Shown here: positions 20,837 through 28,167 of the stretch, one piece after another
Position numbering within the stretch: the stretch's first letter is position 1
Layout: the number at the start of each line of letters is the position of its first letter
Assembly (NCBI GenBank): GCA_964450385.1
Contig: CAYVEC010000003.1
Location: 4,104-68,103 of the forward strand
From: an uncultured Planctomycetales bacterium
GTDB taxonomy: Bacteria; Omnitrophota; Gorgyraeia; Zapsychrales; JANLHA01
Direction of reading: 5' to 3'
Length of the DNA stretch: 64,000 nucleotides
Position numbers and translations under genes: made by a program
Notes under the pieces: generated by a model
What the model saw: only the letters and a program-made list of their open reading frames with translations
Told to the model about the DNA's origin: nothing
The model's database searches: none

Positions 20837-23173
20837 ATGAAGAGACGAATTGTGATCGGGATCGTGGCCGGCGCCCTTGTTGCGACAGGGGCTCTTGCGG
20901 TGTATCTGTTTTTGGGCCCGTCGGGCCGGCCCATGACCGAGGTTGTCCCGGCAGGGGCGGTCGTTTATTTTCAGCAGGGCGAGCCTGCGGCCAAGGTGGA
21001 ACGTCTGCTCAAGACCGAGCTCGCGAAAGAGATCTCGGCCTTGCCCTTGCGTGAGGCCTTTGACGTGCTCGAGGCCGCGGATGCGGAAAAGGATCTCGTT
21101 GACCAGGTGATGGCAGTCTGCCAGAAGAAAAGCAATCAAGAGATCGTTAAGGCCCTCTTCGGCCGTGAGGTCGCGCTTGCGGTCTATCCGGTCATGTTGG
21201 ATGGCCCCGGGGCCTCGTGGAAGGACGCCCTCGCGCAGGTCGCTGTCTTGACTCGTCTCGCCACACGGGCCTCTTTTGACGGGGTGGTTGTTCCACTTGT
21301 GCGGCAGATGCGGTCCGATATCGATATTCAGACCGTTCCCTATAAGAAGCATACGATCCATCTCGTGGGGTTCAAAGAGGCTGGCCTGCGTTTTGGTTTT
21401 GTTCAGATCGGGGATATTATGGTTGGGGGCCTCGGGGATACGATGGCTCGCCGGGCGGTTGATGTCGCGACCGGTACGGCCCCGTCGCTATCGACCGATG
21501 CCCTTTTTTTGAAGGCGGAACCCTATTTTGCGAAGGGGTCCCGGGATGTCGGGTTTGTTAATTATGAAACAGTGATCTCATTAATCCGGAAGCAGGCCAC
21601 GGCCGCTGCGGCGGCGCTGGGACCTGACCAGGTGCTCCAGGCGCTCGGCCGCCAGGAGGAGTTCTTCCGGCGGCTGAGTGGTTTTCAGGCCGTTGTGTAT
21701 ACCGCGGTCCCGCACGGCGATATGATCGAATGGGACACTGTGACGCTTTATGATATTGATCAAATGCACCCTGACTTCCGTGCGGCTTATGTGGCGCGGC
21801 CGAAGGCGAATCGTTCGATCGATCTGATCCCATCGGACACCTTGGCCTATTATTGGCAGAGCGGGATCGATTTCCGAAATTATTGGGAACAGGGTCAAGA
21901 GCAGATGCGGGCGCTTGCCACAGGGCTTGAGGCCGATGAGGAAAAATCTCCGGAGCGGTTTATACAGTCGATCGAGGATCAGTTCGCCGTCAGTATCGAA
22001 CGCGCAGTCTTGCCGATCCTGGGGGATGAGTTCGGGTGGTGTCTTGCTGATTTTCAGGGTCTCGGACCGATCGTGATCCCGGATGTGGTGTTCTTTTTAA
22101 AGGTCACTGATGCCAAGGCGGCCGGGGAGCTGATCCAACAGATAGTGGGCCGGATCACATTCCTTCAGGCGGATGAAACTCAGCGTGATGGGCATTCCGT
22201 CTGGTCGGTGCGGATCCCGATGGTGAGTGACCTTGAACCGGCCCTCGCTGTCATTAAAGATTATATGGTGCTCGGGACGAAGAAGGCGACCGTTGAGAAG
22301 ATGATCGATACCGCCGCCGGGACGGTCACGGGATTGGGTTCTGTCCCTGTGGGGAAGGACGGTCGTCTTGGGCTTATGGGTCCGCAGAACATGGTGTCCT
22401 ATGTGAATTCGGCAGAGTTGATGGGTAAGACCGGCGCCCTGGTTGATGCCGCAGGTTATTGGTCCGAGATGCAGGATTCACGGAATCAGGCCCTTCGTGA
22501 CGGGGCTGAGCAGCGCCTCCGCGAGGTTGCCGGGCGCATCACCGAGCGCGAGCAGGAATTTTTGACGGTTGAGGCCGAGGCCTTGGCGCTACAGGCCGAG
22601 GATGAAGCCGCGCCTGCCATTGACCCGCAGAAACAGGAAGAGGTCGTCTCACAGCGTGAGCGTCAGGCCAAGGTCGTTGATAATGCCGCCGCCCGGATCA
22701 CGGAGTTGGAGGGCGAGCAGGCGAGGCTTATCAAGGCCCGCGATGCCGAGGGCCAGACGTTAAGCCCCGAGGGAGAGCAGCGGCTTGCGGAGATCAATGG
22801 GGAGCTCGTTTCACGTCGAGAACGGCTTGCGCGGCTCAAGGAATCGCTTGCGGCCGTTGAAGCGGAATATCAGGGGCTCGAGCGCGCTTCATCGGAACGG
22901 ATATCCCGGCGAGATCGGCTCGACACGGCGGCTGCCCGGCTTCAGGAGATCCGGAATCAGATGCGTGCCGATGAGGAGATCCGTGAGGAGATCCGGACCA
23001 TGATCGCCGGCTATGCCCAGGCGCAGAGCTTCGATGAGGACCAGCGCAGGTTTATTTTGGACCGGCTGGTGAAACCCTTTTTGTCGGCCTTGAAGAATAT
23101 CGAATGGGCCGTGATGAACGGCTCGGTCGGCGCTAAGGAGATGACGATCAAATCGTTTTTGAAGATTCGTTAG
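20837..23173 (+). CDS. Hypothetical membrane-anchored protein with a long C-terminal coiled coil
   Basis: An N-terminal TM helix, a ~500-aa extracytoplasmic region and a ~250-aa heptad-rich, E/R/A/L-rich tail. Codons are GC3-rich. Confidence 0.6.
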   Translation: MKRRIVIGIVAGALVATGALAVYLFLGPSGRPMTEVVPAGAVVYFQQGEPAAKVERLLKTELAKEISALPLREAFDVLEAADAEKDLVDQVMAVCQKKSNQEIVKALFGREVALAVYPVMLDGPGASWKDALAQVAVLTRLATRASFDGVVVPLVRQMRSDIDIQTVPYKKHTIHLVGFKEAGLRFGFVQIGDIMVGGLGDTMARRAVDVATGTAPSLSTDALFLKAEPYFAKGSRDVGFVNYETVISLIRKQATAAAAALGPDQVLQALGRQEEFFRRLSGFQAVVYTAVPHGDMIEWDTVTLYDIDQMHPDFRAAYVARPKANRSIDLIPSDTLAYYWQSGIDFRNYWEQGQEQMRALATGLEADEEKSPERFIQSIEDQFAVSIERAVLPILGDEFGWCLADFQGLGPIVIPDVVFFLKVTDAKAAGELIQQIVGRITFLQADETQRDGHSVWSVRIPMVSDLEPALAVIKDYMVLGTKKATVEKMIDTAAGTVTGLGSVPVGKDGRLGLMGPQNMVSYVNSAELMGKTGALVDAAGYWSEMQDSRNQALRDGAEQRLREVAGRITEREQEFLTVEAEALALQAEDEAAPAIDPQKQEEVVSQRERQAKVVDNAAARITELEGEQARLIKARDAEGQTLSPEGEQRLAEINGELVSRRERLARLKESLAAVEAEYQGLERASSERISRRDRLDTAAARLQEIRNQMRADEEIREEIRTMIAGYAQAQSFDEDQRRFILDRLVKPFLSALKNIEWAVMNGSVGAKEMTIKSFLKIR

Positions 23174-23257
23174 GCGGTGGCCATGGATGGATGGGTGTTC
23201 GCATATGGTCCGGGGCGGTTTCGACAGGGAAAATCCTGTTTTACCGGGACGGTTGTT

Positions 23258-23530
23258 ATGAGCGAGCATCGGATGTACCTGCGGGATGCCGTCGGGGATA
23301 TGGCCCAGACCTACATCCCGCTTGAAAAGATCTATCGGGTGCGGTCGTCCTGGAAGGGGTTGCGGCTGTTTGTGATGCCGTCCGCTGTTTCAATTTATAC
23401 GGTCGTTATCGAGGCGCCCCGCCGGGTCCTCGGGCCTCTGCTCCAGGATCTCGTTCGGGTCCGCGTGCTGAAACGCCGGTGGTTCGGATGGGAGTGGGCG
23501 GATCCCGGCTTCACCATAGGGAGCCGCTGA
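23258..23530 (+). CDS. Hypothetical small protein. The start is uncertain; the ORF-track GTG is at 23177.
   Basis: Codon usage is GC3-rich from about 23258 onward, and there is no recognisable domain. Confidence 0.35.
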   Translation: MSEHRMYLRDAVGDMAQTYIPLEKIYRVRSSWKGLRLFVMPSAVSIYTVVIEAPRRVLGPLLQDLVRVRVLKRRWFGWEWADPGFTIGSR

Positions 23531-23580
23531 GGGGCGTTCCGTCTAGACATTTGAACCGGGTTTGATACAATAGGCGTGCG

Positions 23581-24438
23581 ATGTCATTTCAAATTTTACA
23601 CAAACAGGTGCTCGGGCAGGACATTAAACGGCTTGATATCAAGGCCGAGGAAATATCTCTCTGTGCCCGGCCAGGTCAGTTTGTCATGGTAGCTCCGCAC
23701 GAGGACAGCTCGTGGATTCCCTTATCGATCGCCGAGACGGATACGCGGCGAGGCCTGATCTCCGTGATTTTTCAGGAGCGCGATCGGCCGTCGATGGCTC
23801 TTGGCGCCATGAGCATCAATCAGGCTGTCTTTTCGATCACGGGTCCGTTCGGGAAGGTCGCAGCTCCTCGGCAGCTTGGGGTTGTGGCCTGTGTCGCGAC
23901 CGGGGTCGGGGCTGCTCAGATTTTATCGGTGGCCCGGGCGTATAAACGCGAAGGCAATAAGGTCATCGGTATCCTCGCCGGCCGCTACAAAAAAGAGATC
24001 GTCTTTGAGACCCAGATGAGGATTGCCTGTCATGCCCTGTATATTAGCACGGAAGATGGCTCATATCAGCGCAGGGGAACGGCCTTTGAGGCCGTGAAGG
24101 AGGTCTGCGCCCAGGAGCGGGTCCAGCTTGTGTATACGATCGGATCGGTGCGCATGATGCGCGAGGTCGCGGGCCTGACGAAAGGGCTTGGGATCAGAAA
24201 TCTGATGCAGGTTCAGACCATTATGTCGTGCGGCCGAGGGATGTGCGGATCATGCCGGGTCAAGGTCGATGGGGCCGTGGCCCTGTCGTGTATCGAGGGG
24301 CCAGAATTCGACGCGCACACCATGGATTTTGATTATCTCCAGCGCCGAATGGATCATGCCGCGTTGTTAAGCCGTGAGGGGCAGGGCGTGGCCGCTCCCG
24401 GGGGTTGGGTCAAAAAGTTTTTATGTGAGGCCGAGTAA
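23581..24438 (+). CDS. nfnA: NADH-dependent reduced ferredoxin:NADP+ oxidoreductase small subunit NfnA (PyrK/SudB-like, FAD + [2Fe-2S])
   Basis: PyrK-like FAD/NAD-binding fold with the C-terminal CGRGMCGSC...C cluster, immediately upstream of a GltD-like subunit. Confidence 0.8.
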   Translation: MSFQILHKQVLGQDIKRLDIKAEEISLCARPGQFVMVAPHEDSSWIPLSIAETDTRRGLISVIFQERDRPSMALGAMSINQAVFSITGPFGKVAAPRQLGVVACVATGVGAAQILSVARAYKREGNKVIGILAGRYKKEIVFETQMRIACHALYISTEDGSYQRRGTAFEAVKEVCAQERVQLVYTIGSVRMMREVAGLTKGLGIRNLMQVQTIMSCGRGMCGSCRVKVDGAVALSCIEGPEFDAHTMDFDYLQRRMDHAALLSREGQGVAAPGGWVKKFLCEAE

Positions 24439-24453
24439 TCTGGAGTCGAGGGG

Positions 24454-25806
24454 ATGATGAAGGGTTCTTCAATGTCAGTCCAGGAGACGAGGAAACGGAT
24501 CAGGAATTTCCATCCGGTCGAGTTGGGATTTTCTCGTAAGGTCGCTATCGACGAGGCTCGGCAGTTCCCGCAAAGCCATATCCCCAGCTGTCAGCCGCGC
24601 TGCCCGCTAGGGATCGATATCCTTGAGTTCGTGCGGCTTTTAAGGGAGGGAGATGTCACTCAGGCCCAGGCCAAGATCGCAGAGGCCAATGAGCTCCCAT
24701 CGATTTGCGGCCGGGTTTGCATGGCCCCATGCGAGGGGGGATTGGCCATCGGTGGGAAACGAGAGGCCCTTGATGTGAGAGCTCTCGAACGGTTTGCGGC
24801 CGACCACGGCGGCGGCCCGGTCCCGTCATTTAAGCGGAATGTCTTGAGCGGCCCTCGAGTGGCGGTTATTGGCTCCGGCCCGGCGGGGTTGTCAGCGGCC
24901 GGTCGCTTGGCCAGGAAAAATTTTCAGGTAACGGTGTTTGAGTCTCTGCCGCAGCCGGGAGGGATGCTTCGCTATGGCATCCCGGAATTTCGATTAGCGA
25001 AGTCGGTCGTTGACGGCGAGATCCGGCGTCTTGAGCGGCTTGGGGTGGTTTTTGTCGTCAACTGCCCGATCGGATCAGTTCGGACCCTTGATGACCTCCG
25101 CGAAGAAGGCTACACGGCGGCGGTCCTTGCGCCCGGCCGGCTGTGTGTTCAGCCGTCGACGGTCGCGGGCTCGGACGCCCAGCATGTCTTTTACACTGAA
25201 GAGGTGATGTTGAAGCTTGGGGTCTCGAGGGAGGCCTTTGAGGCGGGATTCCGGCAGGCCCTGGGGGACCGGGTCGTTGTCGTTGGCCGTGATTATTCGG
25301 CCTTGGATGCTGCCCGCAGCTGCGTTCGTCTTGGCAAAAAGGTGAGCCTCGTCTTTGCGGGTCAGGAGGATGATTTTAGGGCCCGTTCAAGTGATCTCGT
25401 TTATGCCCGGGAAGAAGGGGTCGCCCTCGAGAGCATGGCGCAATTCCATCATGTTGTCGTGGCTGCGGACGGGTCTGTGAAGGGGGCCGCGGCAAGTCGG
25501 ATGGATTATGCGGATAAAGGCGGGACGTGGGTCGCGGTGCCGGTCCCGCATTCTCAATTTGAGATCCCGGCCGACAGTGTCATTTTATCGTCGATGCGGA
25601 GGGTGCATCCCCAGATCCAGGCGATGCTCCCCGGGGCGCTCTGGCATCGCGACGGGTCGGTTGAGGTTGCCGGGGCTCGGGTCAACGGGATCCCTGTCGT
25701 TGCTGCGGGTGCCATGGCGGTCGCCGACGACGGGATTGTCGATGCGATCCGGTCAGGTCAGGAGGCGGCCCAGCGGGTCGTTGATATTTTAGGTCAGGAA
25801 GGTTGA
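24454..25806 (+). CDS. nfnB: NfnB / glutamate synthase small-subunit-like (GltD/SudA) subunit
   Basis: An N-terminal Fe-S Cys motif (ICGRVCMAPCEG) and the FAD/NADPH Rossmann IGSGPAGLSAAGRLA. Confidence 0.8.
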   Translation: MMKGSSMSVQETRKRIRNFHPVELGFSRKVAIDEARQFPQSHIPSCQPRCPLGIDILEFVRLLREGDVTQAQAKIAEANELPSICGRVCMAPCEGGLAIGGKREALDVRALERFAADHGGGPVPSFKRNVLSGPRVAVIGSGPAGLSAAGRLARKNFQVTVFESLPQPGGMLRYGIPEFRLAKSVVDGEIRRLERLGVVFVVNCPIGSVRTLDDLREEGYTAAVLAPGRLCVQPSTVAGSDAQHVFYTEEVMLKLGVSREAFEAGFRQALGDRVVVVGRDYSALDAARSCVRLGKKVSLVFAGQEDDFRARSSDLVYAREEGVALESMAQFHHVVVAADGSVKGAAASRMDYADKGGTWVAVPVPHSQFEIPADSVILSSMRRVHPQIQAMLPGALWHRDGSVEVAGARVNGIPVVAAGAMAVADDGIVDAIRSGQEAAQRVVDILGQEG

Positions 25807-25807
25807 G

Positions 25808-26653
25808 ATGGGAACACGTCGCTCCGCTCGAGACATCCAGGATAAAAAAACGAGACATGACAAAATCTCCATGGTTACGGTCTATGATTATTCTCTTGCG
25901 AAGATCATCGACCGCGCGGGGATCGATATGGTGCTCATTGGCGATTCCCTGGCGAATGTCGTGATGGGGGTGAGGCAGACCCGGGATGTGACGTTTGAGG
26001 TCATGCGGCATCACGCGGCGTCTGTAGCCCGGGCGGTCCGTTCGGCCCTCGTCGTTGCGGATCTGCCGTATGTCTCGGCCCATGCCGGAGCGGTCCGGGC
26101 GGTTGCTGATGCTCGGGGGCTCATTTCTGTCGGGTGTGATGCGGTCAAGATCGAGTGGTTCGATGGTTGCCTTCCTGTTGTCGAGGCCCTTGTGTCGGAG
26201 GGGATCGCGGTCATGGGCCACGTCGGGTTAACCCCTCAGACCGCGCATGAGACGGGCGGGTTTCGGGCCCAGGGACGCCGGGCCGGTGAGGCGAAAGCGA
26301 TTTATGACCAGGTCATGGCTCAGCAGAAGAATGGGTGTTTCGCTGTTGTCTTGGAGTGCGTGGCGGACCGGGTCGCTGCGGTAATCTCTCGGGAGGCCGC
26401 GATCCCCACGATCGGGATCGGGTCTGGGCCGGGCTGTGACGGCCAGGTCCTGGTACTCCACGACCTTCTGGGAATCTTTGACGATTATCATCCGAAATTT
26501 GCCAAATGTTACGCCCCGATCGGTCAGGCCATTGAGGAGGCGGTTCAGGCATATTGCCGAGAGGTCGCGTCTGGGGTGTTCCCGGGTCCGGCCAACGTCT
26601 TTCATGTCGAAGATCAAGAGTTCCAACAGTTTTTAGACGGCCTGGACCGGTAG
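25808..26653 (+). CDS. panB: 3-methyl-2-oxobutanoate hydroxymethyltransferase
   Basis: MVTVYDYSLAKI...LIGDSLANVVMG are PanB signature motifs. Confidence 0.9.
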   Translation: MGTRRSARDIQDKKTRHDKISMVTVYDYSLAKIIDRAGIDMVLIGDSLANVVMGVRQTRDVTFEVMRHHAASVARAVRSALVVADLPYVSAHAGAVRAVADARGLISVGCDAVKIEWFDGCLPVVEALVSEGIAVMGHVGLTPQTAHETGGFRAQGRRAGEAKAIYDQVMAQQKNGCFAVVLECVADRVAAVISREAAIPTIGIGSGPGCDGQVLVLHDLLGIFDDYHPKFAKCYAPIGQAIEEAVQAYCREVASGVFPGPANVFHVEDQEFQQFLDGLDR

Positions 26654-26826
26654 GGTGCCCGTAGGGCCTATAAAGTCCTTGCCTTTTAAATCAAATTTCG
26701 TTAGAATACCCCACTGAGTTTATCCAGATCCGCAACAATCATGATGATAGTGATGCCAGAGGGAATGGTTGAAGGGTGCTGGGGTTCTGTGCCGGCAGAC
26801 CGTTGAAGACAATAGGTGCGAGGGTT

Positions 26827-28128
26827 ATGACAAGATCAGTTTCCATGGATACGATTGTCTCGCTGTGTAAACGGCGGGGGTTCATTTTTCAGTCCTCGGA
26901 GGTGTACGGCGGGCTCGCTGGGGCGTGGGATTACGGACCGCTCGGCGCTGAGTTGAAACGGAACGTCAAAGAGGCCTGGTGGCGGGCGAATGTCCACGGC
27001 CGGGATGACGTCGTCGGGCTTGACAGCAGCATCTTGATGCATCCGACGACCTGGGACGCCTCGGGTCACACCAACAATTTCACGGATCAGCTCGTTGATT
27101 GTAAAACATGCAAACGTCGTTTTCGTGCTGATCACGTTGGGGATCATTGCCCGGCCTGCGGTGGCAAGTCATTCACCGAGAGTCGGGCCTTTAATTTGAT
27201 GCTCAAGACCCATCTCGGCGCGATGGAAGACTCGAGCAGCGAGGTCTTTCTTCGGCCTGAGACGGCGCAGGGGATCTTCGTGAATTTTTTGAATGTCCGG
27301 GACACCGCCCGCAAGCGCCTACCGTTCGGGATCGCCCAGATCGGCAAGTCGTTTCGGAATGAGATCACACCGGGGAATTTCACCTTTCGGACCCGAGAGT
27401 TTGAGCAGATGGAGATTGAGTTCTTCACGGCCCCGAAGGACGCTGAGACGTGGTATCATCGATGGATCGAGTCGCGGTTTCAGTGGTATCGGGATCTCGG
27501 GATCGACGGGGATCGGCTGCGTTTGAGGCCTCATGCCGCTGATGAGCTTGCGCATTATTCCGTGGGGTGTACGGATATTGAGTATCAGTTCCCCTTCGGA
27601 TGGTCTGAGCTCGAAGGCATTGCCAACCGCACGGATTTTGACCTGAAACAGCATTCCGAGTTTTGCGGCAAGCCGTTGATGTATAAGGACAACGTGACCC
27701 AGGAGGAGTTCTTTCCGTATGTCATCGAACCGTCCGGCGGTGTTGACCGGGCGACGCTCGCCTTTCTTGTTGATGCCTATCACGAGGAGACGGTGAAGGA
27801 TGATATCCGCGTCGTGCTGCGTCTTCACAAAACGCTGGCGCCGGTGAAGGTCGCGGTTCTGCCGTTATTGAAAAAGAATGATGAGATCGTCGTATTGGCC
27901 AGGAAGATCCAGCGCGACCTTCAGGGCCGGATGACGACTGTTTATGATGATACCGCCTCGATCGGCAAACTCTATCGCCGGCAGGATGAGGTCGGGACGA
28001 TCTTCTGCATCACGGTCGATCCCGAGTCGCTCTCGGATGGTCAGGTCACGGTCCGGTCCCGCGACACGATGGAGCAGGTGCGTGTGTCAGTGGATCAATT
28101 GCGGTCATATTTGGAAAACAATTTGTAA
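26827..28128 (+). CDS. glyQS: Glycine--tRNA ligase, alpha2 (archaeal/eukaryote-like) type
   Basis: The RRGFIFQSSEVYGGLAGAWDYGPLG N-terminus is typical of dimeric GlyRS, with a C-terminal anticodon-binding domain. Confidence 0.9.
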   Translation: MTRSVSMDTIVSLCKRRGFIFQSSEVYGGLAGAWDYGPLGAELKRNVKEAWWRANVHGRDDVVGLDSSILMHPTTWDASGHTNNFTDQLVDCKTCKRRFRADHVGDHCPACGGKSFTESRAFNLMLKTHLGAMEDSSSEVFLRPETAQGIFVNFLNVRDTARKRLPFGIAQIGKSFRNEITPGNFTFRTREFEQMEIEFFTAPKDAETWYHRWIESRFQWYRDLGIDGDRLRLRPHAADELAHYSVGCTDIEYQFPFGWSELEGIANRTDFDLKQHSEFCGKPLMYKDNVTQEEFFPYVIEPSGGVDRATLAFLVDAYHEETVKDDIRVVLRLHKTLAPVKVAVLPLLKKNDEIVVLARKIQRDLQGRMTTVYDDTASIGKLYRRQDEVGTIFCITVDPESLSDGQVTVRSRDTMEQVRVSVDQLRSYLENNL

Positions 28129-28167
28129 GGTTCAACGTGTTTGTTAAAGGAAAGGGAGAAGGAGAAC

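Noticed and set aside
23177-23257. N-terminal 27 codons of ORF 23177..23530 (GTG start as listed in the ORF track).
   Set aside because: Codon third positions are mixed before ATG 23258 and become GC-rich after it. The start is left at 23258 with low confidence.
26654-26826. Possible T-box leader upstream of glyRS (the gaagggtgctgg resembles the T-box AGGGTGG core).
   Set aside because: The leader is only ~170 nt, too short, with no specifier-loop or antiterminator arrangement and no terminator hairpin. The similarity is limited to 7 nt.
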